Origin: Silvanigrellaceae bacterium
GTDB taxonomy: Bacteria > Bdellovibrionota_B > Oligoflexia > Silvanigrellales > Silvanigrellaceae
Direction of reading: 5' to 3'
Assembly (NCBI GenBank): GCA_049423385.1
Contig: JBMSQQ010000004.1
Coordinates: forward strand, 1 to 64,000
DNA: 64,000 nucleotides
Position numbers and translations under genes: made by a program. Below are positions 29,938 to 40,658 of this stretch, in pieces. Position 1 is the first letter of the stretch. Every line of letters begins with the position of its first letter. Under the pieces are notes generated by a model that saw nothing but the letters and a program-made list of their open reading frames with translations, was not told where the DNA came from and searched no databases.

Positions 29938-30999
29938 ATGACCCAGTCGCACATGCTGAATGAAGTTTCCGAACAGCCCAGAATCATGCGTCGCCAGGCC
30001 GAGGCATGGAAAAAGCGTGCAGATGATTTGCGCGAACTGTTGCTGTCGCGCAGGCAAATCATACTCGTCGGGCGCGGCAGTTCCGGCAATGCCGCACTTT
30101 ATTTCACCTACCTCTGGGCCACGACTTCTGGACGCCAACCCATGGATTTTCGGCTCTGGGTTGCGCAGGACACGAACTCGGTGGGTGATTATTCCGACTG
30201 TGGAGTGATTGCCTTTTCGGCATCGGGGCAAAGCACCGATGTCGTCAAGGCGTGTGCGTGGCTCAAGCAACGAGGAGCGGTCGTTGTTGGTGTGACTGCC
30301 GCACAGGATGCGACTTGTCGCCTGGGTTCGGTGTGTGATGAACTTTTTCTGCTCAATTGCGGGATCGAGAAGGCGGTGCCTGCCACCAAGAGTTTCATGA
30401 GTCAGCTTGCCGCATCCGCTGTCCTGGCGGGTTTGCCCTTGCAAGAAAAAGCAAGCGCGATCGCCACAAGCATTGAAAAATCGATTGTCAGCCCGGCAAG
30501 TGCTCAACTTGCGCAATTCATCAGGGGTGCAAGAACGATCATCATGTTGGGCCGTGGTCACCTGTTGGGCGCAGTGCACGATGCAGCCCTCAAGCTTCAG
30601 GAAACCACCGAACTTGCCTCGTTTGCATATTCGACTGCCGAATTTTTTCATGGCCCGTTGGGCTGTGTGACACCCGGTGATCGGGCCATTGTTTTTTCGT
30701 CGGGCGACATCGAACTCGAGCAGCGGCTGCTCATCAGCCTGACGGAACGAAGTGTGCCGACTCGATTTGTGGTGCGCGGTGCATTGGCTGACAATCCTTC
30801 AGCTGCGTTCTCCCAACTGTTCACAGAACGCGGCATGGGAGAGCAATTTGGAATCATCGAGTTGCCGACAACGGGTCAGGCGTGGTCCGATGTTTTCGCA
30901 CTCATCACAATGATTCAAATGACTTGTCTTTCCTTGTGTGGTCAAATGGGCCGCAGTCCCGATGCTCCGCCGTCTCTTAAAAAAGTCACAGAAACCTGA
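29938..30999 (+). CDS. Double-SIS domain protein (GlmS C-terminal-like sugar-phosphate isomerase/deaminase)
   Basis: MLNEVSEQP, GRGSS, SASGQS, EKAVPATKS, ALKLQE, EFFHGP, PPSLKKVT. Confidence 0.88.
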   Translation: MTQSHMLNEVSEQPRIMRRQAEAWKKRADDLRELLLSRRQIILVGRGSSGNAALYFTYLWATTSGRQPMDFRLWVAQDTNSVGDYSDCGVIAFSASGQSTDVVKACAWLKQRGAVVVGVTAAQDATCRLGSVCDELFLLNCGIEKAVPATKSFMSQLAASAVLAGLPLQEKASAIATSIEKSIVSPASAQLAQFIRGARTIIMLGRGHLLGAVHDAALKLQETTELASFAYSTAEFFHGPLGCVTPGDRAIVFSSGDIELEQRLLISLTERSVPTRFVVRGALADNPSAAFSQLFTERGMGEQFGIIELPTTGQAWSDVFALITMIQMTCLSLCGQMGRSPDAPPSLKKVTET

Positions 31000-31016
31000 A
31001 CGTAGAAGTAAATATT

Positions 31017-31038
31017 GGACATGATCAGGATCATGTCC
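31017..31038. promoter_or_regulatory. Perfect inverted repeat upstream of pckG (possible operator)
   Basis: GGACATGATC-AG-GATCATGTCC. Confidence 0.4.
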
Positions 31039-31153
31039 GTGGGATGAATGCTGCAGTATTCTTGTTAGATGTAGTCATGACGTTTATCATCACCCCCAAG
31101 TTGAGAAGTGCTCGATGATGAAGCTGAAAAAGAAGCATCCCACGGAGAAGAAC

Positions 31154-33022
31154 ATGACCAACAAAAGCGCCGTCCATTTTCCGAATGAGTTGAGCCATCC
31201 GGACGTCAAATCATGGATCCAGTCCATCATTGATCTCTGCGAACCGAAGGATGTTCGATTTTGCGATGGCGGACCTGAAGAATACGAAGCGCTCTGCGCT
31301 GAAATGGTCAAGCAAGGCACGTTGAAGCCATTGAATCCGAAATTGCGTCCAAACAGCTACCTGGCGTGGTCAGATCCCAATGACGTTGCGCGTGTGGAAG
31401 ACCGCACATTCATTTGCAGCTTGCGCAAACAGGATGCGGGTCCAACAAACAACTGGGTCGACCCGACTGAAATGAAGAAAACACTTTCGGGTTTTTTCAA
31501 GGGCTGCATGAAGGGTCGTACTCTTTATGTGATTCCCTTCAGCATGGGACCTGTTGGTTCGCCACTCAGCAAAGTCGGCATCGAGCTTTCAGATTCTCCT
31601 TATGTGGCTGTCAACATGCGCACGATGACTCGTATGGGACGCTCCGTTTGGCGCGAAATCGCCAAGGGTGGTGAATTCGTCAAGTGCGTTCACAGTGTGG
31701 GTGCGCCTTTGGCTGCAGGACAAAAGGACGTTGCCTGGCCCTGCAACAAAGACACAAAATATATCGTCCATTATCCAGAAGAACGCTCGATTTGGTCGTT
31801 CGGCAGTGGCTACGGCGGCAATGCGTTGTTGGGCAAAAAGTGTTTCGCACTTCGCATCGCATCGGTCATGGGACGCGATCAGGGTTGGTTGGCAGAGCAC
31901 ATGCTCGTCCTCAAGGTCGAGGCACCCAATGGCGAGAAAACATATCTGACAGCTGCTTTCCCTAGTGCTTGCGGCAAAACAAACCTGGCGATGTTGATTC
32001 CGCCAAAGGAAATGGCCGGCTGGAAAATCAGCACGCTTGGCGACGACATTGCGTGGCTCAGACCTGGCGAAGACGGCCGCCTGTACGCCATCAATCCCGA
32101 GGCAGGCTTTTTTGGTGTGGCTCCGGGCACGTCGATGAAGACGAACCCGAATGCAATGAAAACAATTGAGGCAAACACGATTTTCACCAACGTCGCTCTC
32201 ACTCCTGATGGCGATGTGTGGTGGGAAGGCATGACCGACACGCCACCTCCTCATTTGACGGATTGGCAAGGTCAGGCCTGGACTCCCGATTGTGGACGCA
32301 AGGCGGCTCATCCCAACGCGCGATTCACCGCTCCTGCAAACCAATGCCCCGTGATCGATGAAGATTGGGAAAATCCAGCGGGCGTGCCAATCAGCGCGAT
32401 TGTTTTTGGTGGTCGTCGGGCCACAACTCTTCCGTTGGTTGTGCAATCGTTCAACTGGAATTTCGGAGTTTATCTTGCCGCCACCATCGGTTCGGAAACC
32501 ACAGCTGCAGCCACCGGCAAAGTTGGTGAAGTGCGACGCGATCCATTCGCAATGCTGCCTTTCTGTGGCTACAACATGGGCGAATATTTCAACCATTGGC
32601 TGCAGGTTGGCCGTGGCCTTTCAAATCCTCCGCGCATTTTCTGCGTCAATTGGTTCAGGAAAGACGAAGGTGGAAAGTTCCTGTGGCCAGGATTTGGCGA
32701 CAACATGCGTGTGCTGAAATGGGTTGTTGAACGCGTCCAGGGCAAGACTTCGGCAGTGGAAAGCCCGTTGGGCTGGATGCCACAATATGCTGACGTCGAT
32801 TGGAGTGGCCTCGATTTCTCCGCCAAGCAATTCAACAACATCATGACCATCGACCGCGAGGAATGGAAAAAGGAAATGCTGGGTCATGAAGAGTTTTTCC
32901 ACAAGCTTTACGATCATCTGCCACGCGAGTTCGGGCACATGCGTGAACTGTTGCTCTCGAGTTTATGGCGTTCGCCGGAGCGGTGGGAAATGCTGACCGA
33001 AAGGCATGCTGAAGAGATTTAA
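31154..33022 (+). CDS. pckG: Phosphoenolpyruvate carboxykinase (GTP)
   Basis: [64 protein letters not shown]. Confidence 0.97.
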   Translation: MTNKSAVHFPNELSHPDVKSWIQSIIDLCEPKDVRFCDGGPEEYEALCAEMVKQGTLKPLNPKLRPNSYLAWSDPNDVARVEDRTFICSLRKQDAGPTNNWVDPTEMKKTLSGFFKGCMKGRTLYVIPFSMGPVGSPLSKVGIELSDSPYVAVNMRTMTRMGRSVWREIAKGGEFVKCVHSVGAPLAAGQKDVAWPCNKDTKYIVHYPEERSIWSFGSGYGGNALLGKKCFALRIASVMGRDQGWLAEHMLVLKVEAPNGEKTYLTAAFPSACGKTNLAMLIPPKEMAGWKISTLGDDIAWLRPGEDGRLYAINPEAGFFGVAPGTSMKTNPNAMKTIEANTIFTNVALTPDGDVWWEGMTDTPPPHLTDWQGQAWTPDCGRKAAHPNARFTAPANQCPVIDEDWENPAGVPISAIVFGGRRATTLPLVVQSFNWNFGVYLAATIGSETTAAATGKVGEVRRDPFAMLPFCGYNMGEYFNHWLQVGRGLSNPPRIFCVNWFRKDEGGKFLWPGFGDNMRVLKWVVERVQGKTSAVESPLGWMPQYADVDWSGLDFSAKQFNNIMTIDREEWKKEMLGHEEFFHKLYDHLPREFGHMRELLLSSLWRSPERWEMLTERHAEEI

Positions 33023-33051
33023 AAAAACCGGGTTTGAAACCCGGTTTTTTT
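33021..33051. terminator. Bidirectional intrinsic terminator
   Basis: AAAAAAACCGGGTTT-G-AAACCCGGTTTTTTT between convergent genes. Confidence 0.85.
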
Positions 33052-33637
33052 ATGCGGCGTTGAATTTTGTCAATTGCCCCTGCAACTCGAGGAAAAATTG
33101 CTGTGACAGCGGTTTGAAGGAACAGCCTGCAGCCCGCAGTGATGCATTAAAGGCTGCCGAGGATTCACACTCCATCAGTTCGCAATGAAGTTGATATGAG
33201 CACAAGGTTGAATTCCGCGAGGAGCGCACCGCCAGTTGACCATTGCGAATGTGTTCATCGAGAAGCAATTGTTCAGCTGTGCCCAGAAATCCATACCAGC
33301 TTTGAAATGCGTTGAAGACGTCGGGATTCCTGGCGGCCTCATCCGCCCAGGTGTCGGCATGCAGATGAATCTCATTCAACTTGCGCAATCCGGTTGCTGA
33401 AAGATCAAGCACAGCCGACCAGTTGATTTTGTTTTCAATCAGTTCATCGGAAATATCGCGTGGATGCAGCTGCCTCAGCACGTTCAATCCCGCCGTGCAG
33501 AGCAGGGCCCAACGGGTGCCTATCGCATCATCCAGTCGTGCACGACCCAGGATCTGGAGCGCGCGGACCGAGGCTCTGTACGTATCCATCTGATGAACTC
33601 CATGTTCAAAATTCCAGTCCTTTTGGCTGCTTGTCAT
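33050..33637 (-). CDS. Hypothetical protein
   Basis: ORF fills the gap between the pckG terminator and the M48 gene; start uncertain. Confidence 0.55.
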   Translation of the reverse strand: MTSSQKDWNFEHGVHQMDTYRASVRALQILGRARLDDAIGTRWALLCTAGLNVLRQLHPRDISDELIENKINWSAVLDLSATGLRKLNEIHLHADTWADEAARNPDVFNAFQSWYGFLGTAEQLLLDEHIRNGQLAVRSSRNSTLCSYQLHCELMECESSAAFNASLRAAGCSFKPLSQQFFLELQGQLTKFNAA

Positions 33638-33820
33638 GAATACCAAAGTCCAGGATGGATGATTATGGCCGTCTGTTTCAATTTGGGAAGAGTTTGGTGT
33701 CTTTGAATTGAACTTGACAGCGGGAGAGGTTTGTCCTGTTTTGAGGAAGGGCAGACAAAATGCAGTTCTCCGCAAGGAAATGCGGTCCTGCTTCCGGTTC
33801 TTTTTTTCATTGGGAAGCGC

Positions 33821-34732
33821 ATGAAGCCATTATTCGTTGGAGCAAGTCTTGCATGGGTGATTGCCTGTGCTGCGCGCAGTCCAGAGAATTCCCAAATCGA
33901 TCACATTTGGGGGCAGACCCGGCGAAACAATCCAGCGCTGGGTGCATCCCTTGTTTGTCGCTCAACCCAGCCTGAAAATCCGGAATCTGCAAAACTCAGG
34001 GCACTCGCTGCACGCATCGCCAATGCGAATCCCAGTGCCTTCTCCAATGAATTTGATGTTTCGAAAATGTGTTTTTCGGTGAGTCCGTCCATCGGCGGAC
34101 TGGATGCGCGAACGACACCCGAGGCGTTGCGGATTGATTTCTCGCCCGACTTGATGGCTCTTTTTGCCAACGAAGACGAGATGGCTGCGGTTTTGAGTCA
34201 TGAACTCGCCCACGTCACACTTCAGCATCAAGGATTTGGAGAGGCTCCGCCGCGCATGGTCAGCGATGAACTCTTTGTTCAATTGCAGTCAGAGGGTCGA
34301 TTGATTCAGGCCCGGATTGTTGAACTTGCAAAAGCCAAGGCCGATCCGGCGAGAATTTTTGAATTGAACGCCGAGTTCGCAATGGTCATGGCCCAGATGA
34401 ACAAGCGCATCGACGAGGTCTATGGCGAAGAAAATGCGCATGTGAATTGGTTGGAGCAGGAGGCAGACGAAGCAGGCGCCGAATTTTTTGTCCGGGCCGG
34501 GTTCGACCGCCGCGCGTTTATCGAGATTCTCTGGACGAGTCATCGCAGTCCGGATGAAGAGAGAGCAGCATGTTCGCGTCTCATCGAAAGGGCCCTGGCT
34601 GAGCCCCGCAATGCTGAACGTCCCGCCAGAGGCAACAAAAGTCATCCTTCCACCTGTTGGCGTGTGTATCATCTGACGGTCGACGAATGGGAGCATGCGC
34701 ACGCCGGAGAAATTGCTAAACTCAAACCCTGA
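33821..34732 (+). CDS. M48 family metallopeptidase (probable lipoprotein)
   Basis: EDEMAAVLSHELAH, EQEADEAG, KSHP; lipobox-like VIAC. Confidence 0.85.
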   Translation: MKPLFVGASLAWVIACAARSPENSQIDHIWGQTRRNNPALGASLVCRSTQPENPESAKLRALAARIANANPSAFSNEFDVSKMCFSVSPSIGGLDARTTPEALRIDFSPDLMALFANEDEMAAVLSHELAHVTLQHQGFGEAPPRMVSDELFVQLQSEGRLIQARIVELAKAKADPARIFELNAEFAMVMAQMNKRIDEVYGEENAHVNWLEQEADEAGAEFFVRAGFDRRAFIEILWTSHRSPDEERAACSRLIERALAEPRNAERPARGNKSHPSTCWRVYHLTVDEWEHAHAGEIAKLKP

Positions 34733-34752
34733 GGAACTCAGGGGAGTGGTTT

Positions 34753-36078
34753 ATGCGGGTGGCAGTCATTGGTGGTGGATTTACCGGGCTTGCGTGTGCA
34801 ACCCAACTTGCCCAACGCGGCCTTGAGGTCGCGCTCTACGAAAGAAATGAAAAACTGGGTGGTCTGGCAGCGGGATTCCAGGAAATGACTTGGAACTCCA
34901 CCCTCGAATTCTTTTATCATCATTGGTTCCGCACCGATAAATTCGTGCTCAAATATGCAAAAATCTGGCAAGCCGAGGAGGGATTGGAATTCAAGAGGCC
35001 CTCAACCGTTCTTCAAACAGAACAACATGATTTCGTTCCATTGGATTCAGCAAAAGCCTTGTTGCAATTTCCCGAGCTGGGCATTTTCGACAAATTGCGC
35101 ATGGGTGCGGCGTTGGCGTTTCTCAAGCTTTATTGGAATTGGCACAAGCTGGAAGGCGTGACAGCCGAAGAATGGTGTCGCAAGTATATGGGCGAAGAGG
35201 GTTTCGACAAAATCTGGAGACCACTTCTGGTTGGAAAATTTGGTGAGCGTCATGCGGCCGAGGTCAACATGGCCTGGCTCTGGGCACGCCTCAAATGCCG
35301 GACTGCCGAGTTGGGAACGTATCGGGGCGGATTCGACAACTATATCGGCTTCGCAGAAAAATGGCTCGAGCAAAAAGGTGTGCGCATTTTCAAGGAAGCA
35401 CAAAAAATAAACGTCGATCGCACGCGCGATTGTTGGACGGTTGCGGCGCTCAATCATGGCATTCAAGAGCATGATGCTGTCGTGATTGCCGCTTCGCCCC
35501 GTGCGTTTGCCGCCCTTGCCGGAGAGCATGCACCAGAGCATGTGAGGGCAACGCTGGGTCAGCCTTCACTTGGTGTCCAGGTGATCATTCTGGCATTGAA
35601 CCAAAAACTGGGTGAGCATTATTGGTACAGTCTCAAGCGGACAACCTGGCAACCGTTTTTGGCAGCCATCGAGCACACCAATTTTGTCGATGCGAGCCAG
35701 TATGACAACGAGACACTCGTTTACTTTGCGAAGTACATCAAGCCTGGAACCGATGAATGGCAACAAACCGACGAGCAACTCGTGGATTTGGCGTTGGGTT
35801 GCTGCAGACTCATCAATCCTGATTTTTCTCCAGACAGTTTGATTCGCAGCAGGGTTTTTCGCGAGGAATATGCGCAACCCATCATGGGAGTGAATGCATC
35901 AAGGTTTGTACCTTCGGTACATGTTCATGGCGTCTCCCGCCTGTTTCATGCCAGCATGGCACACGTCTATCCATGGGATCGCGGAACCAATTATGCCTTG
36001 GAGCTGGGCGAGAAAGTTGCCCACGAGGTTATCAAGAGTTTGCCGAAGAAGTCGGGTGCGCGCGCAAAGAAAGTATAA
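34753..36078 (+). CDS. FAD-dependent oxidoreductase (amine oxidase / HemY-like fold)
   Basis: VIGGGFTGL, LGGLA, EFFYHHWF, YPWDRGTN. Confidence 0.85.
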   Translation: MRVAVIGGGFTGLACATQLAQRGLEVALYERNEKLGGLAAGFQEMTWNSTLEFFYHHWFRTDKFVLKYAKIWQAEEGLEFKRPSTVLQTEQHDFVPLDSAKALLQFPELGIFDKLRMGAALAFLKLYWNWHKLEGVTAEEWCRKYMGEEGFDKIWRPLLVGKFGERHAAEVNMAWLWARLKCRTAELGTYRGGFDNYIGFAEKWLEQKGVRIFKEAQKINVDRTRDCWTVAALNHGIQEHDAVVIAASPRAFAALAGEHAPEHVRATLGQPSLGVQVIILALNQKLGEHYWYSLKRTTWQPFLAAIEHTNFVDASQYDNETLVYFAKYIKPGTDEWQQTDEQLVDLALGCCRLINPDFSPDSLIRSRVFREEYAQPIMGVNASRFVPSVHVHGVSRLFHASMAHVYPWDRGTNYALELGEKVAHEVIKSLPKKSGARAKKV

Positions 36079-37339
36079 TCGCTCCCAACGCCGAGCATGC
36101 TCCCATCACCATCAGCGACAGCAGATAAGAGTATTCCTGAATCAGCCGAATCCACCACATTTGCACTGCACAGGCGAGTGTTCCAGAAGTCACCAACAAA
36201 AATATAAGGCGTTTGTGAAGGCGGCTGTATTGGCAAGAGACGATCGCAGGTGCTGCAAGGTTCATTGTCCATTGCGCAGCCAGCAGGAATTGGCACATGG
36301 GCACGACCTGGTCATTTGCTCTGGGGAAAAACCATGAGACCAGTCCAAGCGCATTTGCAAACCACAATCCAGCCGACGTGACTGCAAAGACAACAGTCAG
36401 ACGACCAAAGAACTTCATGTATTGCAAAAACAGCTCTCGACGGTTGAGGTTCGTCCATCGCGGAATGTTTGGATTGACGAGTTGAACGAGAGTTTGAAAT
36501 GCCAACACGCCAGGCGTTGCCAGTGCAAGACTTGTGTTGAGCTGGGTCAGACTCGACTCGCCCATATGCCTGACCAAAATGGAATGTGCCAACAGGCCGT
36601 GAGCAGACAAGACGCCGATGATGATTGCCGCGATTGAGCTACCTTTCAGGAATTGCTTTGCACCGTTGCCCAAATACTTCCAACTCGCGCTGCTGAAAAG
36701 TTGGCTTTCGGTGTTGGTTGAAATCATCTTGCGCAAGACAAGGCGCCAGGCAAAAAGTGCGACGGCGCAGAATGACAGTGTTGAAGACAATGCGACAATA
36801 GACTCATTTTGATATGGCATCCAGGCAGCCGTCAGGAGGAACGCCACAAGTGCGACGATTCTCGACACCCTCGACATCACCGCCTTGGTGAATTCGCGGC
36901 GGGCGAAAAAAATGGAGTCGATGGAACTCACGATCGCAAATGGAACAAACGCGAGCTGATAGATCAAAAACGCAAAACTCATTTGCCCCGAAAAACCCGA
37001 AACTGTGCAATAGACGGATGCCACAAGCATCACCACTGCTGCCAAAAAAAGTCGTGTGTGGATCAGGACGTGACACAGTGCAGGTCGATGGGCCGGTTCG
37101 GTGTGATGATAAGAACGCTGGAATTCGGTCTGTGTTCCAAGATCGGCAATCAGCTGAAATGTGGTGAACGACAGAACAATCAGCGACAAACGGGAGAATA
37201 CGTCATCCGACGGGACAGAGTGTTGAAGGATTTTCAAACCGGCGAAAGTTGCCAAGCCGCTCAGCACGGACAAACCATACTGGACGCTGGCGGCAATCAA
37301 TTTGTCAGTGCGCTGGTTTGAATTCAGGTGAGCACCCAC
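36032..37339 (-). CDS. Polysaccharide flippase-like (MOP superfamily) membrane protein
   Basis: About 12 TM segments; ADLG motif in the N-terminal part. Confidence 0.6.
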   Translation of the reverse strand: MGAHLNSNQRTDKLIAASVQYGLSVLSGLATFAGLKILQHSVPSDDVFSRLSLIVLSFTTFQLIADLGTQTEFQRSYHHTEPAHRPALCHVLIHTRLFLAAVVMLVASVYCTVSGFSGQMSFAFLIYQLAFVPFAIVSSIDSIFFARREFTKAVMSRVSRIVALVAFLLTAAWMPYQNESIVALSSTLSFCAVALFAWRLVLRKMISTNTESQLFSSASWKYLGNGAKQFLKGSSIAAIIIGVLSAHGLLAHSILVRHMGESSLTQLNTSLALATPGVLAFQTLVQLVNPNIPRWTNLNRRELFLQYMKFFGRLTVVFAVTSAGLWFANALGLVSWFFPRANDQVVPMCQFLLAAQWTMNLAAPAIVSCQYSRLHKRLIFLLVTSGTLACAVQMWWIRLIQEYSYLLSLMVMGACSALGAIILSLRAHPTSSANS

Positions 37340-37349
37340 GGAATTGGCT

Positions 37350-38198
37350 TCAGTTCTTCAGGTTGAGCGCCAAAGAGAAGTTCAATGTGTGGATCTGGTT
37401 GTCGGTGAAGCCATCGGAACCCGTTTGCACGTTCTTGCTGGTGCCTTTTCCCCCGCCGCCAATGTAGCGGCTCACAAAAGCAGCGTCCAACCACGAGACG
37501 ACAGGGAAACCGAGCTTGAGCGCAACGTCATGAAATGAGCCTTCCACATCGGAGGTGCCACCGTTCAGGTACTTCACAGGGACGTAGATGGTATCGATGT
37601 CTGTTCCCCACCAGATGCCCTCGCCCATGTCTGTTTTGCTCTGGAACTTGAAAATTGGCACTGGTCCGACGTTGCGGTTGCTGCGGTGTTGTTTGCCGTC
37701 GACGCTGGTGAATTCGATGCGTGCGTTTCTCAGCTGCATGCTTGCGCCCAGAGCGATTTTTGATGTTTCGTTCGACCATGTGTCGCGCAGCCAGCTGAAC
37801 CGGTAAAATGGAAAAGAGTACTTGTAGTCGATGGGAGTTCCCGTCAAGAACGTCACGTCATCCACGCGCAGATCGCTGCGTAGCACCGTGCGGGTGTTGA
37901 GTTCGAGCGGCTGGTACAGAAATACAAATCTGTCTTTGTCGGTCGTTCTGACGGTGACATCGGCGCGGGCAAACGGGAACAGGATGTCTTGTCCGCCATT
38001 TTTGACGTAATCGAACTTTGTTCCTTCTTTTGAATTCTGGATTTTGTGCGACACCACTGCGGAATATCCGAGCTCGACTGTTCCCACTGTCTCCGGAGCC
38101 TTTGCAAAAGCCGCAACGGGGACCAGAGCCATTGTGAGTCCAAGGACTGCGGCAGGAATCTTGGCCATCGTGAATCCGCGATTTTCTGTGCTCGACAT
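37350..38198 (-). CDS. Putative outer-membrane beta-barrel protein
   Basis: Signal peptide ending AFA; amphipathic beta-strands; GGAG RBS; divergent from feoA. Confidence 0.65.
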   Translation of the reverse strand: MSSTENRGFTMAKIPAAVLGLTMALVPVAAFAKAPETVGTVELGYSAVVSHKIQNSKEGTKFDYVKNGGQDILFPFARADVTVRTTDKDRFVFLYQPLELNTRTVLRSDLRVDDVTFLTGTPIDYKYSFPFYRFSWLRDTWSNETSKIALGASMQLRNARIEFTSVDGKQHRSNRNVGPVPIFKFQSKTDMGEGIWWGTDIDTIYVPVKYLNGGTSDVEGSFHDVALKLGFPVVSWLDAAFVSRYIGGGGKGTSKNVQTGSDGFTDNQIHTLNFSLALNLKN

Positions 38199-38281
38199 AA
38201 AAATTTCTCCAAATAGAGATTGGCTTTTCCGCAGGTTAAGCGAACGGCCCCAAGCTACCACCAAAGAGTTGATAAATCTCT

Positions 38282-38300
38282 ATTGAAAATGATTATCAAT
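38282..38300. promoter_or_regulatory. Fur box
   Basis: ATTGAAAATGATTATCAAT contains the 7-1-7 TGAAAAT-G-ATTATCA (one mismatch to TGATAAT-N-ATTATCA), directly upstream of feoA. Confidence 0.85.
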
Positions 38301-38340
38301 ACCGATAAGACTGGAACAAAGAGAAGCGAGGGCTCTGCGG

Positions 38341-38601
38341 ATGGAACATAAGTCTCTAAAATCAGCAAAAAAAGGCCAGTGTTTTAGAATTTTTGACATT
38401 GTCTCGGGGCATCCGATGACGGAACGCCTGTTGGAACTGGGTCTCCAGTCTGGAGAACTGGTCCGGATCACCCATGAAGCTCCTGTTTCGGGCGATCCCA
38501 TTGTCCTTGAAGTTTGCGGAACGAGATTGGCCCTGCGCCGCGATGAAGCTGCTCTCGTTTTTGTGCAGGAAGTTTTGAATGAGACTGGAGCAATTGCATG
38601 A
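38341..38601 (+). CDS. feoA: Ferrous iron transport protein A
   Basis: RLLELGL, APVSGDPI, LALRRDEA. Confidence 0.92.
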   Translation: MEHKSLKSAKKGQCFRIFDIVSGHPMTERLLELGLQSGELVRITHEAPVSGDPIVLEVCGTRLALRRDEAALVFVQEVLNETGAIA

Positions 38602-40463
38602 GCTCGCAACAGATACCTTTGGTTGGCATTGTTGGTCACCCCAATTGCGGTAAAACGGCACTCTTCAATGCGTTGACTGGCCTTCGTCAGAAAGTCGCAA
38701 ATTATCCCGGCGTGACGGTCGAACGGGTCGAATCCATGATGAGGAATGACCTTGGCCACAAATTGAGAATTCTGGACCTTCCGGGTGCCTACAGCCTTAA
38801 CCCGCAAAGCGATGATGAGCGCGTCACGCATGATGTTCTTGTAGGCGACTTGAACCATGGAGATCGTCTGTCGGGGTTGATTGTCGTGTTGGACGCCACG
38901 AATTTGAGGCTTCACCTGCCGTTCGCTCTAGAGGTTCGTGAACTCGGTTATCCAATGTGTGTTGCTCTCAACATGATGGATCTTGCCGGAAAATGCGGAA
39001 TGCAATTCAATATTCACGCACTTGAAGAAGTGCTTGGGTGTCCTGTTGTTCCAACCTCGGCAACCCACCAGGATGGTTTGCAGGCACTGGCACAGTCTGC
39101 CGATGAGGTTGTTCGCCGAGGTTCGGTGCCTGAGAAAATCAAGTGGCGTGCATCGACGCGCGATGAAATTGTTGCGCGCCGGAAGGATGTTGAAGACATT
39201 CTGCGCCGTACAATTTTGGTGCCGGGAAATCCATCGAGTTTCACTGCAAAATTGGACAACATCCTTTTGCACCCATTCTTCGGTCCGTTGATTTTGGTTG
39301 GGTTAATCCTCGCGATTTTTCAGGCTGTCTTTACGCTTGGGGCAATCCCGGCAGATGCGATCGACGGAGCGGTTTCCGCGCTTGTCGGTCTCATCAAGAC
39401 GCAATTGCCTGCAAGCCTGCTCACAGACTTGTTGGCAGACGGCATAGTCAGTGGTGTAGGTGCTGTGCTTGTTTTTCTTCCCCAGATTCTCATTTTGTTT
39501 GCGTCGCTGCTGCTGCTCGAGGACTCAGGCTACATGGCCCGGGCCGCCTTTCTGCTGGATCGCCTGATGGGCCGTGTGGGTCTTTCCGGCCGTTCCGTGC
39601 TTCCGCTGGTTTCCGGGTTTGCCTGTGCTGTTCCTGCAATCATGGGTTCGAGAAGCATTCAAAATCCATCGCAGCGACTTTCAACCATGCTGATCACCCC
39701 TTTGACGACGTGTTCTGCCCGGTTGCCGGTGTACACAATGTTGATTGCCGCTTTCATTCCGTCGACCCAGATTTTTGGTTTGCTGAATTTGCAGGGTTTG
39801 GTTCTGACCGGGCTTTATTTGGCGGGACTTTTGAGTGCCTTCGCTTATGCCTATGTTCTGAAGCTTCTTAAAGTGGTTGGTAGCGGGGGTTATTTTCTTC
39901 TCGAGTTGCCAACCTATCGAACTCCATCATTGCGCACCGTTGCGCGTGGACTTCTTGAACGTGCAAGGGCATTTCTGGTGCGTGCGGGAACCATGATTCT
40001 TTCGATTATGGTTCTGCTTTGGGCGATTTCAACCTTTCCGCGTCCGCCTGAAAACGCAACGGAGCCTGCCATCAATTACAGCCTTGCGGGTCGTCTTGGT
40101 CATGTGGTTGCGCCAATTCTTGAGCCCGTGGGTTTCAACTGGAAGATCTCCGTTGCCATGATTCCTGGCTTCGCTGCACGGGAAGTGTTGGTCAGTGCGT
40201 TGGGCACGGTTTACGCAGTCGAGTCCACGGATCCCGAGGACACGACTCAGCTCGCTGACAAGTTGAAAGCAGATTGGGGATTGCCCACGGCGCTCGCCTT
40301 GTTGGCCTGGTATATTTTTGCTCCCCAGTGTCTTGCCACATTTGCCGTCATGCAGCGCGAGACGAGATCCTGGAAATGGACGCTCACGAGCTTTGGCGTG
40401 TTGCTGGTGATGGCGTGGCTCGCGGCATTTGTAACTTATCGGGTCGCCCAGTTGGCCATCTGA
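38598..40463 (+). CDS. feoB: Ferrous iron transport protein B
   Basis: GHPNCGKT, NYPGVTVE, DLPG, NMMD, EDSGYMARAA, CSARLP, AAREV. Confidence 0.96.
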   Translation: MSSQQIPLVGIVGHPNCGKTALFNALTGLRQKVANYPGVTVERVESMMRNDLGHKLRILDLPGAYSLNPQSDDERVTHDVLVGDLNHGDRLSGLIVVLDATNLRLHLPFALEVRELGYPMCVALNMMDLAGKCGMQFNIHALEEVLGCPVVPTSATHQDGLQALAQSADEVVRRGSVPEKIKWRASTRDEIVARRKDVEDILRRTILVPGNPSSFTAKLDNILLHPFFGPLILVGLILAIFQAVFTLGAIPADAIDGAVSALVGLIKTQLPASLLTDLLADGIVSGVGAVLVFLPQILILFASLLLLEDSGYMARAAFLLDRLMGRVGLSGRSVLPLVSGFACAVPAIMGSRSIQNPSQRLSTMLITPLTTCSARLPVYTMLIAAFIPSTQIFGLLNLQGLVLTGLYLAGLLSAFAYAYVLKLLKVVGSGGYFLLELPTYRTPSLRTVARGLLERARAFLVRAGTMILSIMVLLWAISTFPRPPENATEPAINYSLAGRLGHVVAPILEPVGFNWKISVAMIPGFAAREVLVSALGTVYAVESTDPEDTTQLADKLKADWGLPTALALLAWYIFAPQCLATFAVMQRETRSWKWTLTSFGVLLVMAWLAAFVTYRVAQLAI

Positions 40464-40485
40464 TTGAATGAGAGGTGTGCTGTCT

Positions 40486-40635
40486 ATGGCTTTCCTCGAT
40501 TGGGTCGTCTTTCCTGTCGTGGGCATTGCGGCGTTTTACGTTCTGCGTAAGCTGTTCAAGGATGATCCACACAAAGGATGCAAGGGATGTTCGGCTACAG
40601 CATCTTCCGAAAAAAAGTCAGCAAGCCGGTCTTGA
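40486..40635 (+). CDS. FeoB-associated Cys-rich small membrane protein (49 aa, below the ORF-track cutoff)
   Basis: MAFLDWVVFPVVGIAAFYVLRKLFKDDPHKGCKGCSATASSEKKSASRS; GAGGTG RBS; one TM helix plus CxxC. Confidence 0.75.
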   Translation: MAFLDWVVFPVVGIAAFYVLRKLFKDDPHKGCKGCSATASSEKKSASRS

Positions 40636-40658
40636 AGGAATCCATACATTCTTCAGAC

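Noticed and set aside
19018..32596. Other long opposite-strand ORFs (19018-20052, 22780-23919, 26088-27050, 29623-30651, 31589-32596)
   Set aside because: All overlap better-supported CDSs on the other strand
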